Notes under the pieces: model-generated
Databases searched by the model: none
What the model was told of the DNA's origin: nothing
The model's input: the letters and a program-made list of their open reading frames with translations, nothing else
Source: Pseudomonadota bacterium
GTDB taxonomy: Bacteria > Pseudomonadota > Alphaproteobacteria > Rhodobacterales > Rhodobacteraceae
Length of the DNA: 64,000 nt
Assembly (NCBI GenBank): GCA_039030615.1
Contig: JBCCDV010000010.1
Location: 55,612 to 119,611 of the forward strand
Reading direction: 5' to 3'
Made by a program: the position numbers and the translations under genes
Shown: in pieces, positions 17,160 to 29,078 of the stretch
Numbering within the stretch: position 1 is the stretch's first letter
How the letters are laid out: each line of letters starts with the position of its first letter

Positions 17160-17744
17160 ATGTTTCGACCATTCCGCGCGATGGCGCTTCTGTTATTTTT
17201 GGCCGCTTGCGGCTCTTCGGGTGGCAACGCCCCCCGCAATCTTGAGAACGCTTGCGCGATTTTGAACCAAAACCCAAATTGGCTTCGGGAAATGCAACGT
17301 GTGGAGCGTAAATGGGGCGTCCCAACCCATGTCCTGATGGCCACGATCTACCAAGAGAGCAAATTCATCTCTGATGCGCGCCCGCCGCATCAGTATGCAT
17401 TGGGAATTATCCCAAAAGGCCGCCAATCTTCCGCTTACGGCTTTAGCCAGGCACTGGACGGGACGTGGAAAGAATATCAGCGCGACGAGGGTGGTTTCCG
17501 TGCAAAACGCAACCGCTTCGGCGATGCTGTCGATTTCATGGGCTGGTACATGGATGAAAGTGAGCGACGCTTGGGGATCTCCAAGTTCGACACGCGCAAC
17601 CAATATCTTGCATACCATGAAGGACGCACAGGCTACGCGCGTGGCAGCTACAATCGCAAAGACTGGCTTTTGCGCGTCTCAAGAGAGGTCGCGGCGCGAA
17701 GCGAAACTTACCGCGCCCAATTGATAGGCTGCGGAAAAATCTAG
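17160..17744 (+). CDS. SLT-like lytic transglycosylase-domain lipoprotein
   Basis: Lipobox LAAC, TIYQES (catalytic Glu context), SSAYGFSQALDGTW, YLAYHEG. Start uncertain (17160 or 17181). Confidence 0.78.
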   Translation: MFRPFRAMALLLFLAACGSSGGNAPRNLENACAILNQNPNWLREMQRVERKWGVPTHVLMATIYQESKFISDARPPHQYALGIIPKGRQSSAYGFSQALDGTWKEYQRDEGGFRAKRNRFGDAVDFMGWYMDESERRLGISKFDTRNQYLAYHEGRTGYARGSYNRKDWLLRVSREVAARSETYRAQLIGCGKI

Positions 17745-18343
17745 TCGCTCAGCCCGCGGGCCTGCATTTCCTGGGTTATGCTGAATTTTCTGGCTGGAAT
17801 TGAGGCCGTGGCTTTAAGTTCCTGCATGATCACGGTCGTCTGGCTGCCATATTCATTGGTGATCACCCATTGGCGCAATTGCACCGGGCTGCCGGTAAAT
17901 TTGAGCTTTATATTTCCATATTGCGGATTTTCGGGATCTTGCGCCGTTACAACGGTCGCCTCCCCTTCCTCGCTATGGCCAACAATCATTCGAGATTTGT
18001 TGAAGTCGATGTTGCGCACCAGAATTAAGTTTAATGGCGTCCGTTTGAGAGGGAACTGATCCGGCGGAACATTCGACTTCGGGTCAAAGATGGCAACCGT
18101 GCTCCCACCGGCCATAACCAAGCTGTTATTCGGTGGATCATATTCGAACCGAGCGCGGCCCGGGCGTTTGATGAATATTGTGCCGGTGTCTATCGACCCG
18201 TCTTCGTTGATCTGCGTAAAGGCGCTTGTCGCTGATTTGATACCATTGATGTAGCGCGCTAGATCGTTCAGCGGAATTTTGTCAGCCCAAGCTGGCGCGG
18301 CCAATACCAACGTCATCAAGGGCGCGAGGAGCGTGCGTTTCAT
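17741..18343 (-). CDS. lolA: Outer-membrane lipoprotein carrier LolA
   Basis: Signal peptide, FTQ...G.IFIKRPGRARFEY, lies directly downstream of ftsK. Confidence 0.88.
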   Translation of the reverse strand: MKRTLLAPLMTLVLAAPAWADKIPLNDLARYINGIKSATSAFTQINEDGSIDTGTIFIKRPGRARFEYDPPNNSLVMAGGSTVAIFDPKSNVPPDQFPLKRTPLNLILVRNIDFNKSRMIVGHSEEGEATVVTAQDPENPQYGNIKLKFTGSPVQLRQWVITNEYGSQTTVIMQELKATASIPARKFSITQEMQARGLSD

Positions 18344-18425
18344 CATCATACACTCTTAGTTAAGCAAAATTAGACCGGTTGAAACCCATCACACTTCACA
18401 TTTCTGAAATAAGCACAAATCCCGC

Positions 18426-21185
18426 TCAGTGCTGTTCAGGAACCAAAATCTCGCGTTTACCCACATGGTTTGCGGGGGAGACAAGGCCTTGCTCTTCCAT
18501 TTGCTCCACCAGTCTCGCCGCTTTGTTGTAGCCAATGGCGAGTTTGCGCTGAATGTAGGATGTCGAGCATTTACGGTCTTTGATCACAATTTGGACGGCC
18601 GTGTCATAGAGCGCATCCTCCCCGTCGGTGTTGCCACCGAGGCCGAGAACCTGGTCAATATCGGAAGATTTTTCCTCATCTGGTCCCTCGACAACGCCGG
18701 ACATGTATTCTGGCGGCCCAAAAGATTTGAGATGGTTGACGATCTCCTCGACCTCTTCGTCACTGACAAAAGGACCATGGACCCGCGTGATCTTGGAACC
18801 GCCGGCCATGTAAAGCATATCGCCCATACCAAGGAGCTGCTCGGCCCCCATTTCACCCAAAATAGTGCGGCTGTCGATTTTCGAGGTCACCTGGAAAGAG
18901 ATCCGGGTCGGGAAGTTGGCTTTGATTGTGCCAGTGATCACGTCGACGGATGGTCGCTGCGTGGCCATAATCAGGTGGATCCCTGATGCCCGTGCCATCT
19001 GTGCCAGTCGTTGAATGCAAGCCTCGATTTCTTTGCCTGCGACCATCATCAGGTCCGCCATCTCATCGACGATCACGACGATATACGGCATGGATTCGGG
19101 CTGGAATTCCTCGGTTTCAAAGATCGGATCGCCGGTTTCTTCGTCAAACCCCGTCTGCACTGTCCGGGAGAACATCTCATTCTTGGCAAGTGCTTCTTTG
19201 ACGCGCCCGTTATAGCCATCAATGTTGCGGACGCCCATTTTGGACATCTTACGGTAGCGTTCTTCCATCTCGCCGACGGTCCATTTCAACGCGACGACCG
19301 CCTTTTTAGGGTCTGTCACGACGGGGCTAAGAAGGTGCGGAATACCGTCGTAAACACTGAGTTCCAACATTTTCGGGTCGATCATGATCAAGCGGCATTC
19401 CTCGGGCGTCAATTTGTAGAGGAGCGACAGGATCATAGTATTGATGGCCACGGATTTACCCGAACCGGTGGTCCCTGCGATCAACAGGTGGGGCATCTTG
19501 GCAAGGTTGGCAACGATGCTTTCACCACCGATATCCTTGCCCAAGGCCAGCGGCAATTTCTGAATACCATCGCCAAAGTCACGGGACGCCAATATTTCGC
19601 GTAGTACAACCATCTCACGTTTCTCATTGGGCAATTCGATCCCGATGACCGACCGGCCGGGTACGGTCGAGACGCGTGCGGAAAGCGCAGACATGGACCG
19701 CGCGATGTCATCAGCCAGCCCAATGACGCGGGAAGCTTTGAGGCCCGGCGCGGGCTCAAGCTCATACATCGTGACAACAGGGCCAGGACGTACAGAGACG
19801 ATCTCACCTTTCACGCCATAGTCGTCCAGAACCGCCTCCAACATGCGGGCGTTTTCTTCCAACGCTTCGTCAGAAAGAACATGCCGCTCGACTTTGGCTG
19901 GGTTTGACAAAAGGTTGAGCGGCGGTAGTTCGAAATCTGACTTTTCGTCAAACAAGGTCGGTTGCGCTTCGGCCTTGGCACGCGTGGACGGCGACGGCGT
20001 TTTGCGCACAGGCTGCTGGACCACAGCTTTGGGTTGCGGCGTGTAAACCTGACGTTCGGGCACGGGAGAGACGGCGGCCTCATCGAATGCGGCATCCTCG
20101 GCAGCCTCAGCCTGCGTAATATGAAGCGGATCCGGCCCACGCCCACGGGTCAATTGCGGTTCTTCGCGCATCATCGGCGCACTTGTATCAGCCTCCAGCA
20201 CAGGGACGCGACGGGCACGGTTTTTGATCACATCGGTGATCCGAGACTTGATCCGATCTTCGGGGTCCAACTCATGGATCATCACTTCGTCGAGATCTGG
20301 CTCCAGCTCTGGCTCCGTGACACGTTTAACCAGCCCCGGCATGCGCGCAAAGAGCCCGGTTTTCGCAGGCTCTTCCGCCTCAAAGCCGTGGGTGACAGGC
20401 GTTTGCGCCGTAAGTGTCGGGCCTTCTACAGGGAGGCCTAATTGGGGTTGGTCAGCGCTCAGCCGCGCTTCTTTCCTTGCGGTCCGCGCGGCAGATGCTT
20501 TTTGCGCGGCCATCACCGTCCCTTTGGCCGCACCGCGGGATGCCATGCCAAACGCTTTGGCGATACTTGCATAGATCAATACTACGCCAACAAAGGCGAG
20601 GCGCGCCGCTGTCCGGATTTCTTCTTTATTAAAGCCCAACACATAGAGCGACAAGAACAACAACGCGATGAAGACAAGAGCGGCCATGACTTTCAGGCCG
20701 AAAACGGCATTGATCGGTAGAATACCCAGAACCGCGCCCAGCACGGTGTCACCAAACAGCCCGCCGAGCCCGAAGGAATGCGTCCATTCGCTCAATGGCA
20801 CATAAGATGACGCGTAGATTGACGCGAATGCCACGACCAGCGGTGCAAAAAGGAGCCGACTGAAAGCACGCTCCTCTCCCCTGTGGAACAAGAATCGCAG
20901 GCCCCAGATTGTGGCAATAGTCGGGATCGCCCAAGCGCCAAATCCGACAATAACAAACAGCGGCGAGGCAAGGGACGCCCCGAACCGTCCCAACCAATTC
21001 TGCGCGGGTTCATCTGTAGCCGACAACCAACTAGGGTCCTCAGGCACGTATGAAACAAGCATCAACGTCACCAAGACACCGAACGCCAGAAGGGCGAGGC
21101 CGAACAGTTCTTTGCCACGCTGCTCAATCGCCGCTTGCATGTCGCTGTCCAAAAACGGGTCACGTTGCCTTGCCTGATACGCCAT
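18426..21185 (-). CDS. ftsK: DNA translocase FtsK
   Basis: N-terminal TM domain, linker, [28 protein letters not shown], gamma domain [17 protein letters not shown]. Confidence 0.96.
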   Translation of the reverse strand: MAYQARQRDPFLDSDMQAAIEQRGKELFGLALLAFGVLVTLMLVSYVPEDPSWLSATDEPAQNWLGRFGASLASPLFVIVGFGAWAIPTIATIWGLRFLFHRGEERAFSRLLFAPLVVAFASIYASSYVPLSEWTHSFGLGGLFGDTVLGAVLGILPINAVFGLKVMAALVFIALLFLSLYVLGFNKEEIRTAARLAFVGVVLIYASIAKAFGMASRGAAKGTVMAAQKASAARTARKEARLSADQPQLGLPVEGPTLTAQTPVTHGFEAEEPAKTGLFARMPGLVKRVTEPELEPDLDEVMIHELDPEDRIKSRITDVIKNRARRVPVLEADTSAPMMREEPQLTRGRGPDPLHITQAEAAEDAAFDEAAVSPVPERQVYTPQPKAVVQQPVRKTPSPSTRAKAEAQPTLFDEKSDFELPPLNLLSNPAKVERHVLSDEALEENARMLEAVLDDYGVKGEIVSVRPGPVVTMYELEPAPGLKASRVIGLADDIARSMSALSARVSTVPGRSVIGIELPNEKREMVVLREILASRDFGDGIQKLPLALGKDIGGESIVANLAKMPHLLIAGTTGSGKSVAINTMILSLLYKLTPEECRLIMIDPKMLELSVYDGIPHLLSPVVTDPKKAVVALKWTVGEMEERYRKMSKMGVRNIDGYNGRVKEALAKNEMFSRTVQTGFDEETGDPIFETEEFQPESMPYIVVIVDEMADLMMVAGKEIEACIQRLAQMARASGIHLIMATQRPSVDVITGTIKANFPTRISFQVTSKIDSRTILGEMGAEQLLGMGDMLYMAGGSKITRVHGPFVSDEEVEEIVNHLKSFGPPEYMSGVVEGPDEEKSSDIDQVLGLGGNTDGEDALYDTAVQIVIKDRKCSTSYIQRKLAIGYNKAARLVEQMEEQGLVSPANHVGKREILVPEQH

Positions 21186-21201
21186 ATGCTTGTTCCTTAC
21201 C

Positions 21202-22383
21202 TTAACCGTAGATGCAGTTTTTCAGGGCGATCAGCCCCGGCTGCAATTCTTCCATTGGGGCGACCAAAGCCGCCCTGATATATGTGTCGCCCGGATTGCC
21301 GCCTTGCCCGTCGCGGCCCAAATAGGCGCCAGGCAGAACTTTGACGCCAGTTTCCGTCCAGAGCTTTTTCGTGGCTTCTTCGCCGTTGCTGACGGGCAAC
21401 CAAAGAAAGAAACCCGCCTCCGGGGCTTCGAACCCTTGTACGCCGCCAAAGAGCTCATCTGCGTAATCTAACTTTTCGCGGTAGAGTGCGCGGTTTGCCT
21501 CCACATGCGTCTCGTCGGCCCAAATCTTCTCCGCGACGCGTTGGAGCGGCAGCGGCAAAGGCGCACCCGCATAGTTGCGAAGGCTTTTCATCTGTTTGAT
21601 GTTCTCAGGCCCAGACGCGCAAAGGCCAGACCGGAGCCCTGCAAGGTTCGAACGCTTGGATAAGGAATTGAAGAGTACGACCCGCTCCGGATCCGCGCCG
21701 ACAGAAGCGGCAATGGTCAAAACACCAGTGGGCGCGGCAGTGCGGTAAATCTCGGAGTAGCATTCATCCGCGAAAATCTTGAAATCATATTCCTCTGCCA
21801 ACGAGATCAAATCTGCCCAATACGCATCTGACGCGACCGCCCCTTGTGGGTTTGACGGCGAGCAGATGTAGCAAATCGCGGTACGGTTCAGAACTTCTTT
21901 GGGAAGCGAGCGGAAGTCAGGTAGAAACCCGGTTGCGCGCGTCGCGGGCACGTAGACCGGGTCCGCCTCGACCGCGAGGGCTGCGACCGCATAGACCTGA
22001 TAAAACGGATTGGGTGTCAGAATGACCGGTTTCTGTCCGTTCTTAGTTTCCGGGCACAAGGCGAGGGAGGCGTTGAACAACCCCTCACGCGTGCCGTTCA
22101 ATGGAAAAATTTGAGTTTCCGCGTCAAAATCCACACCGTATCGGCCTTTGATCCAAGCTGAGATCGCGGCGCGCAGTTCTGGCGTGCCGTCATTGGGGGG
22201 ATAGCCGCCGAACCCATCTGTATTTTGCGCGATGATCTCTGTGATCCAATGCGGAAACGGATGCAAAGGCGAGCCGATGGTCATGTTCACAGGTGCGCCG
22301 CCCGGCTCAAGACCAGATAACAGCGTGCGAAGACGCGGAAACGCGTATGGTGGGAGGTTCGAAAACCGCTCTGGATAGGTCAT
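21202..22383 (-). CDS. Class I/II PLP aminotransferase (N-succinyldiaminopimelate aminotransferase DapC-like)
   Basis: [29 protein letters not shown] (PLP Lys). Confidence 0.85.
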   Translation of the reverse strand: MTYPERFSNLPPYAFPRLRTLLSGLEPGGAPVNMTIGSPLHPFPHWITEIIAQNTDGFGGYPPNDGTPELRAAISAWIKGRYGVDFDAETQIFPLNGTREGLFNASLALCPETKNGQKPVILTPNPFYQVYAVAALAVEADPVYVPATRATGFLPDFRSLPKEVLNRTAICYICSPSNPQGAVASDAYWADLISLAEEYDFKIFADECYSEIYRTAAPTGVLTIAASVGADPERVVLFNSLSKRSNLAGLRSGLCASGPENIKQMKSLRNYAGAPLPLPLQRVAEKIWADETHVEANRALYREKLDYADELFGGVQGFEAPEAGFFLWLPVSNGEEATKKLWTETGVKVLPGAYLGRDGQGGNPGDTYIRAALVAPMEELQPGLIALKNCIYG

Positions 22384-22512
22384 TAGGACCGCTTTACTGC
22401 CTCAAGGAACGGGATCTCTTGCCCCGTTTTGATATGAAACTACCGAGCCGTCCGGCCTCGGTCCAGCAAAACCCTGTCTTTGTCGCCAAAGCGTTGAAGT
22501 GATTGTGGCTTT

Positions 22513-23844
22513 TTAGCCCAAAGCGGCTTCCGCCGCGGCGCCGAGCCGCAGCAGCCGTTCTTCCGTGTTTGGTGATGACAGAAACATGATGCCAGTCGAT
22601 GGCACGCCCGTTGGCAGCGTTAGCCCAGCCCCGCCCATCAAATTGCCAATCCTTGTGTTGCGCAATGCGAGCAGGTTTTCGGTGACGTAATATTCGCTAT
22701 CCGTCATCAATCGATCAAGGTTTGGCGGCAAAATTGGGGAGGTCGGCAAGATGACCGCGTCATACCCTGCCGTTTTTTCGGACCAGATACGCCGAAAAAC
22801 CGCTAGCTTCGACCAAGCGGCCAGAAAATCGCGTGCCAACGTGTCTTTGCCAGACCGAAACCTGTTCAAGATTTCAGGGAACATGACGTCCGGGTTGGCC
22901 TCAATCTCCGTTTGCCATTCTGCGTAGGCCTCGGTCGCAAAGAGCACACCCGACAGCGCTAGCGCCTCGGAGACTTCCGGTATTTCAGCATGGTCTATGT
23001 GCGCACCCGCCTGCTTCATGCGCGCCGTCGCCGTGTCAAAACCCTGTTTTGGGTCGTCGCGAATATCATCAAACGCGTCCGTTTTCAAAACGAGCAAGCG
23101 CGCACCGTCCAAACTGGTGCCCTTCAAATCAGCCGGTTTGCCGCCCTCCAACACAGCGAGAAGTTCCGCCGCATCTTCGACCGAGCGGCATAGAGGTCCG
23201 ACCGTGTCGAAACGCGCGCAAAGCGGGACGGTGCCTTTGACAGAGACACGACCAATGGTGGTTTTTAAGCCTACCAAGTCGTTCCAAGCAGACGGTATGC
23301 GCACGGAACCGCCAGTGTCTGACCCGACGCTTGCTGCCGCCAAGTTAAACGCCACCGAAGCCGCTGAGCCGGAGGAAGAACCCCCCGATACAGCCGCAAG
23401 ATCGTTCACACAAGGCGAGGTCGCGGTGATGGGATTCAACCCCAAACCGGAGAAAGCAAGCTCCGACATGTGCGTTTTGCCTAGGCAAACAAGGCCTTGC
23501 GCGGTGGCATTTGATAGCACCTCCGCGTCGGTATCAGGAACCCGGTGCTGTAACAGCATTGATCCGGCTTCTGTTGCGACGCCAGCACTGTCGAACAAGT
23601 CTTTCCAGGAGATCGGGACGCCATCTAGCGCGCTTACACGCAGGCCCAGTTTTGCGCGCTTCGAGGCTGCTTTGGCTTCCGCCCGCGCGCGCGTACCAGT
23701 CATGCGGGCGTAGATCCTTTTAGAATGCTCATGCGCGTTTGCTGCTTCCAAATAAAGCTCTGTCAGCGCGACCGGGTCGATCTCGCCGGCATCAATTCCC
23801 CGTCCCAAATCGGATGCTGTCATGGTTAACCAGGCTTCGGACAT
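22513..23844 (-). CDS. Amidase signature family protein
   Basis: PISWKDLF, GGSSSGSA, GSDTGGSVRIP catalytic motifs. Confidence 0.9.
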   Translation of the reverse strand: MSEAWLTMTASDLGRGIDAGEIDPVALTELYLEAANAHEHSKRIYARMTGTRARAEAKAASKRAKLGLRVSALDGVPISWKDLFDSAGVATEAGSMLLQHRVPDTDAEVLSNATAQGLVCLGKTHMSELAFSGLGLNPITATSPCVNDLAAVSGGSSSGSAASVAFNLAAASVGSDTGGSVRIPSAWNDLVGLKTTIGRVSVKGTVPLCARFDTVGPLCRSVEDAAELLAVLEGGKPADLKGTSLDGARLLVLKTDAFDDIRDDPKQGFDTATARMKQAGAHIDHAEIPEVSEALALSGVLFATEAYAEWQTEIEANPDVMFPEILNRFRSGKDTLARDFLAAWSKLAVFRRIWSEKTAGYDAVILPTSPILPPNLDRLMTDSEYYVTENLLALRNTRIGNLMGGAGLTLPTGVPSTGIMFLSSPNTEERLLRLGAAAEAALG

Positions 23845-23929
23845 ATGGGGGCTCCTCTATGTGTCTCGGTCGACGGTAGCGGCGCATCGGCGCATGGACA
23901 ATCCCGTTTGGGCGCGCATAGTGCGTCGC

Positions 23930-25153
23930 ATGAAAGACCAGTACGATATCATTATAGTTGGTGGTGGCCTCAACGGGACAGCGCTGGCGATTGCCCTCGC
24001 TCAAGCGGAGTTCGAGGTTGCTTTGGTCGACAGTTTGCCAGTTGATACCCGAAGCCTCGAAAGCTTCGACGGGCGTGCATACGCGCTGGCGCTGGCTTCT
24101 ACGCGCGCCCTCGATGCCATTGGTATTTGGGAGAAAATCGCTGCTGACGCACAGCCAATGCTGGAAATTAAAGTCACGGATGGGCGCGCTGGCGAAGGCC
24201 CAGCACCGTTTTTTCTACATTTCGACCATGCAGAACTGGAAGAGGGCCCGATGGGCTATCTGGTTGAGGATCGCCATCTTCGCCGCGCATTTCTACAAAC
24301 GGTCGACGCCTCCGAATTGATCACCCATTTCGCACCAGCGACTGTGACTGCGCAAAGCGTGGAACATGGTTGGGCGGAGGTTACTGCCGATGGGAAAACC
24401 TTAAAATCACGCTTGTTGGTCGGCTGCGATGGCCGGCGAAGTTCAACAGCGGCACGCGCTGGGATCAAACGCAGCTTCAAGGATTACGGGCAGACTGCAC
24501 TGGTTGCTGCGATTGGACATGAACGCCCGCATGGTGGCCTCGCGCATCAATTTTTCATGCCCGCCGGCCCGCTTGCGATTTTACCGCTCACAGGAAATCG
24601 CAGCGCCATCGTTTGGGCTGAAGAAACCGCCCGCGCAAAGGCTCTTTCTTCCATGAACGACGCCGACTTTATCAAGGCCCTGCGCCCCGCCTTTGGCGAC
24701 TTTTTGGGTGAGCTTCATGTCATTGGGACGCGCTATCGCTACCCGTTGAACTTAACTGAGACGGATCGCTTGGTGGCTGAGCGCGTAGCCTTGGTTGGGG
24801 ACGCGGCACATGGCATTCACCCGATTGCGGGACAAGGCCTGAACCAAGGGCTTCGCGATGCGTCTGCACTGGCTGAGGTGGTGGCAGATGCGATGCGGCG
24901 CGGCGAAGATATTGGTGCGCCGGATGTGCTGAAACGGTATGCCGCTTGGCGACGCTTCGATGCGACCCTGCTGGCGCGTGCGACGGACAGTTTCAACACA
25001 TTGTTTTCAAATGATAACCCGAGTTTGCGTACACTGCGTGATTTGGGGCTCGGGGTAGTGAATGCCTCGCCGAAGCTACGGCGCGGGTTTATGCGCGAAG
25101 CCGCGGGGCTGACGGGCGATCTGCCGCGGCTGATGCAAGGGCGCCCGCTCTAG
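23930..25153 (+). CDS. UbiH/UbiF/COQ6-family FAD-dependent ubiquinone biosynthesis hydroxylase
   Basis: [32 protein letters not shown]. Start trimmed to MKDQYD. Confidence 0.9.
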   Translation: MKDQYDIIIVGGGLNGTALAIALAQAEFEVALVDSLPVDTRSLESFDGRAYALALASTRALDAIGIWEKIAADAQPMLEIKVTDGRAGEGPAPFFLHFDHAELEEGPMGYLVEDRHLRRAFLQTVDASELITHFAPATVTAQSVEHGWAEVTADGKTLKSRLLVGCDGRRSSTAARAGIKRSFKDYGQTALVAAIGHERPHGGLAHQFFMPAGPLAILPLTGNRSAIVWAEETARAKALSSMNDADFIKALRPAFGDFLGELHVIGTRYRYPLNLTETDRLVAERVALVGDAAHGIHPIAGQGLNQGLRDASALAEVVADAMRRGEDIGAPDVLKRYAAWRRFDATLLARATDSFNTLFSNDNPSLRTLRDLGLGVVNASPKLRRGFMREAAGLTGDLPRLMQGRPL

Positions 25154-25335
25154 TCTTGTTCCAAGCTGCGGGCCTCGTCGATCATCATAATCGGGATGCC
25201 ATCGCGGATCGGAAATGCGATCTTTCCAGCTTTTGAGACCAGCTCTTGGCGCTCGGAATCGTAGCTAAGCACACCTTGTGACACCGGGCAGACCAGCCCA
25301 TCCAACATATGACGGTCAAAACTTGTGTCGCTCAT
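25150..25335 (-). CDS. Trm112-like (YcaR/UPF0434) protein
   Basis: LVCPVS...[11 protein letters not shown] signature. Confidence 0.9.
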   Translation of the reverse strand: MSDTSFDRHMLDGLVCPVSQGVLSYDSERQELVSKAGKIAFPIRDGIPIMMIDEARSLEQD

Positions 25336-25973
25336 TGTATGATTTCTTCCGCGTTGCCGCCACGCAGAGCAAACTCGATAAGCGTAACGAGCGTCTCACG
25401 TCTTGTTGCCAAAGACGGCGCTTCGAGAAGCGCTTGCTTTTCCTCAGGCTCAAACGGGCAGAGCATCGATAGTGAATTTATCAGAAGTTCGTCTTCCGCT
25501 TCTTTCAAGCTGTCCCAATCGGTTTTTAGGTCTTGGTTTGAAAAGTATTTCTCCAGGAGAGTAAGGAAGCGATCACGGTTGAAGCCTGTGTCTTTTTCGA
25601 CAAACCCGAGGTCCCGTTCAAACCCTTTCCAGCTGACCTGCGCTTTGCGATAGGGGCTAAACCCGGTGATTTCTTCCTGAACCCTAAACCGCGAGATACC
25701 CGAAAGCGTGATCATATAGCGGCCGTCTTCCGTTTCTGAAAACTGGGTAACCCGACCCGCGCATCCAATTGCGTGAAGCCTTGCTTTTCCGCCGGGCCCA
25801 TCATGAGGCTGGACCATGCCAATCAGACGGGTATTGGTCTTGAGCGCATCTTCGAACATCTGCAAGTATCGCGGCTCAAACAGGTGGAGCGGTAAGCGCG
25901 CTCTCGGCAGCAAAAGCGCGCCGGGCAACGGGAAAACCGGGATCGTGTCGGGAAGGTCTGCTGCTGAAAACAT
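25332..25973 (-). CDS. LON peptidase substrate-binding domain protein
   Basis: PVFPL...[26 protein letters not shown]. No AAA or protease domain. Confidence 0.9.
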   Translation of the reverse strand: MFSAADLPDTIPVFPLPGALLLPRARLPLHLFEPRYLQMFEDALKTNTRLIGMVQPHDGPGGKARLHAIGCAGRVTQFSETEDGRYMITLSGISRFRVQEEITGFSPYRKAQVSWKGFERDLGFVEKDTGFNRDRFLTLLEKYFSNQDLKTDWDSLKEAEDELLINSLSMLCPFEPEEKQALLEAPSLATRRETLVTLIEFALRGGNAEEIIQ

Positions 25974-25999
25974 GACCAAAACCTAGCGCGCGCTTTTAA

Positions 26000-26911
26000 T
26001 CAGGCAAATATCATTGACGACAAGCGCCGGCGCCCGGTCAGCACCAATGGGTCCTCAGGCTTCAACGCATCAAAGACAGTGAAAAGCTGGGTCTTTGCGG
26101 CACCGTCATTCCACTCCCGGTCGCGGCGGAACAGCTCCAAAAGATGATCGATCGCGCCTTCGGCATCGCCTGCAGCGTGCATCGCAATGGCAAGGTCGTA
26201 GCGTGCTTGATGGTTGTTTTCATCACCGGAAACGGCTGCTTCCAGCTCCGCGAGCGGCCCCGCGCTTTCGGCTTGCTTGGCCAGGCCAAGTTGCGCTTGC
26301 GCCGTTTCAAGTTCTGGCGTCGATTTCAGATCATCCGAGGCGTTTTCGATCAGGGCCTGGGCCTTTTCCACTTCGCCCATAGCGAGATGAGCCCGGACCA
26401 ACCCGCCATAGGCAGCTGCACTCGCCGGATCCTCACCAAGGATCGCGGCGAAGGTTTGGGCGGCATCGACCGCGGCGCCTTCCTCGAGCATCGCTTCTGC
26501 TGCTTCAAGTGCATCGGCAAGACCGCCATCTGATCCGCCGTCTGACATCGCCGCTAGCTTATCGACGAACGCCTTTATTTCCGAGCCCGGCAATGCGCCT
26601 TGGAACGCATCCACTGGTTTGCCTTGGAAGAATGCGTAGACCGTGGGGATCGATTGAATTTGCAGCTGCCCAGCAATGCCCTGGTTTTGATCAACGTCCA
26701 GTTTGACCATTTTCACTGCACCTTTGGCAGCGATTACTGCCTCTTCCAGCGCAGGTCCAAGCGTCTTGCACGGCCCGCACCATGGTGCCCAGAAATCCAC
26801 GATAACCGGTACGTCTTGCGATGCTTCGATCACATCGGTCATGAAAGTCTGCTCTGAGCCATCTTTGATCAGATCAGCGGCGGGGGCGGCATTGGCGTTG
26901 AGTTCGAGCAT
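26000..26911 (-). CDS. Thioredoxin-TPR chaperedoxin (CnoX/YbbN-like)
   Basis: WAPWCGPCK thioredoxin site followed by a TPR-like helical domain ending RRRLSSMIF. Confidence 0.88.
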   Translation of the reverse strand: MLELNANAAPAADLIKDGSEQTFMTDVIEASQDVPVIVDFWAPWCGPCKTLGPALEEAVIAAKGAVKMVKLDVDQNQGIAGQLQIQSIPTVYAFFQGKPVDAFQGALPGSEIKAFVDKLAAMSDGGSDGGLADALEAAEAMLEEGAAVDAAQTFAAILGEDPASAAAYGGLVRAHLAMGEVEKAQALIENASDDLKSTPELETAQAQLGLAKQAESAGPLAELEAAVSGDENNHQARYDLAIAMHAAGDAEGAIDHLLELFRRDREWNDGAAKTQLFTVFDALKPEDPLVLTGRRRLSSMIFA

Positions 26912-26963
26912 ATCAGCCTCGGTCCTTAGAAATTCTGTTAGCGCTTATATGAGGGCGCGGATG

Positions 26964-27752
26964 CTAAAGATCAAATGTCGCGAATACGGGCGCGTGGTCG
27001 GAGGGCTTTTCCCAGCCCCGCGCAGCACGCAAAACGCGCGACCCATGCGCGGCATTGGAAATATCCGGCGTCGCCCAAACGTGATCGAGCCTGCGCCCTT
27101 TATCAGCCGCATCCCAATCGCGCGCGCGATAAGACCACCACGAATAGAGCTGTCCTTCAGGAATGTCTTTCCGCGTAATATCGACCCATGCGCCCGCTTC
27201 CATTGTCGCACCCAGATGTTCCACCTCAATCGGTGTGTGGCTCACCACTTTTAATAGCTGCTTATGCGACCAGACATCGTCCTCACGCGGGGCAATATTC
27301 AGATCACCAACAAGGATGGACTTTTCGGGTGTCTGCGCGCGGTAGGCGTCCCGCATATCAGTCAGGTAATCCAGCTTTTGGCCAAATTTCTCGTTTACTT
27401 CGCGGTCAGCAACATCACCGCCAGCGGGCACGTAGTGATTGTGAATGGTGACGCCGTTTTCCAGCTTGCCAGCGATGTGGCGCGCGTGACCCAATTTCGC
27501 GAAATCCTCAGCGCCAGCTTCAACCATCGGCAGGCGCGATAGAATAGCGACGCCGTTATACCCTTTCTGACCACGCGCAACCATGTGGGTATAGCCAAGC
27601 GCATGAAACCCCTCGAGCGGGATTTTCTCTACCGGGCTTTTGCATTCCTGAAGGCAGAGCACGTCCGGAGCCTCTTCCTTTAGCAATTTCAGGACGATCG
27701 GCTCACGAAGACGGACAGAATTAATGTTCCAGGTGCAAATCGTAAACGGCAT
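26964..27752 (-). CDS. xth: Exodeoxyribonuclease III
   Basis: TWNINS, LCLQE, GYNGVA, GDLN, RLDH, SDHAP. Confidence 0.92.
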   Translation of the reverse strand: MPFTICTWNINSVRLREPIVLKLLKEEAPDVLCLQECKSPVEKIPLEGFHALGYTHMVARGQKGYNGVAILSRLPMVEAGAEDFAKLGHARHIAGKLENGVTIHNHYVPAGGDVADREVNEKFGQKLDYLTDMRDAYRAQTPEKSILVGDLNIAPREDDVWSHKQLLKVVSHTPIEVEHLGATMEAGAWVDITRKDIPEGQLYSWWSYRARDWDAADKGRRLDHVWATPDISNAAHGSRVLRAARGWEKPSDHAPVFATFDL

Positions 27753-27827
27753 AGGAGGTGCTCCAGGTTTGACTCCGCGTCACGTTAATCCGAGGGTGAG
27801 GGAGTTGCCAGCGGAGGTTTGCCTGCA

Positions 27828-29078
27828 ATGTCGCTGATCGCGAAAAACCGCAATTTCCGGATGATTTTTTCGGCCGCAGCCGTGTCCAATTTGGGCGATG
27901 GCATTTCGATGCTCGCCTTCCCATGGCTTGCGACGCTGATCACGCGCGATGCGACCTTGATCGCGCTGGTTGCGGCGGCGACAAGACTTCCCTGGCTGTT
28001 GTTTTCGCTACCCGCAGGCGTGATTACTGACCAGTTCGACCGCCGTAAGCTGATGGTGCAGGCCGACATTTTGCGCACGATTCTGACGCTCGGCGTCATC
28101 GGCCTCATATTGTCAGCACCTGCGATGCCATTGGCCGATCAAGATGCCGCCGTTTTGCCGATGATTTCTGGTCTTTGCGCAGCTGCTTTCCTTTTGGGGA
28201 GTGCCGAGGTGGTGCGCGACAACGCCGCTCAAACCGCAATGCCCTCCATCGTCGATAAGTCAGACCTTGAGGTCGCCAATGGTCAGCTTTGGAGCATCGA
28301 GCAAATCATGGGCCAATTCGTGGGCCCCCCATTGGCCGGACTATTGATCGCTTATGCCGTTCCTGTCCCGTTCGTGGTCGATGCTGTGATGTTTGCCCTG
28401 GCCGCATGGCTGATGTGGCAGGTTTCCCTCGCGCCGCGCGGCGCACTGAACCTGCCTGATGGGTTCTGGCAACAATTGCGCGAAGGTGTGGACTGGATGC
28501 GCGCCCACAAATTGATCTTGCGCCTTGCGATCATGTTGGGCGGCGTAAACTTCGTCTTCATGATGTCGACCACAATTTTGGTGCTCTTGTCACAAGAAAT
28601 CCTGGGACTTGGTGCTGCGGGCCATGGTCTGTTGCTGACAGCTGGCGCTGCCGGTGGCGTCGCCGGGGGCCTTCTGGGCCCAAGAATTGCGAAGTCTCTT
28701 GGAAACCAACGCACTGTGATTGCGGCACTTTTTGCGTTCATGATCCCTTTCGCGATCCTCGCAGTCACGGCAAATGCAAGCTTGGTCGCAGTCGCCTTGT
28801 TCCTTGAGACATTTGCAGGAATGACTTGGAATGTCGTCACCGTCTCGTTGCGCCAACGCATCATTCCTGACGCCCTCCTTGGCCGGGTTAATTCGATCTA
28901 TCGCTTTTTTGGCTGGGGCACGATCCCGCTTGGCGCGCTTTTCGCTGGGCTCATTGTAAGTGGATTTGAAGCCGATTTGGGCCGAGACGTGGCGTTGCGC
29001 CTGCCCTATGTGTTTGGCCTCGTTGCAAGCCTTGGTTTGGCCGTCTACGGCGCTTTGGCGTTGAGGTTGCCCGATTAG
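27828..29078 (+). CDS. MFS transporter (DHA3/macrolide efflux-like)
   Basis: About 12 TM helices, DQFDRRKLM motif A, LLGRVNS. Start ATG 27828 (or TTG 27819) after GGAGG. Confidence 0.87.
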   Translation: MSLIAKNRNFRMIFSAAAVSNLGDGISMLAFPWLATLITRDATLIALVAAATRLPWLLFSLPAGVITDQFDRRKLMVQADILRTILTLGVIGLILSAPAMPLADQDAAVLPMISGLCAAAFLLGSAEVVRDNAAQTAMPSIVDKSDLEVANGQLWSIEQIMGQFVGPPLAGLLIAYAVPVPFVVDAVMFALAAWLMWQVSLAPRGALNLPDGFWQQLREGVDWMRAHKLILRLAIMLGGVNFVFMMSTTILVLLSQEILGLGAAGHGLLLTAGAAGGVAGGLLGPRIAKSLGNQRTVIAALFAFMIPFAILAVTANASLVAVALFLETFAGMTWNVVTVSLRQRIIPDALLGRVNSIYRFFGWGTIPLGALFAGLIVSGFEADLGRDVALRLPYVFGLVASLGLAVYGALALRLPD

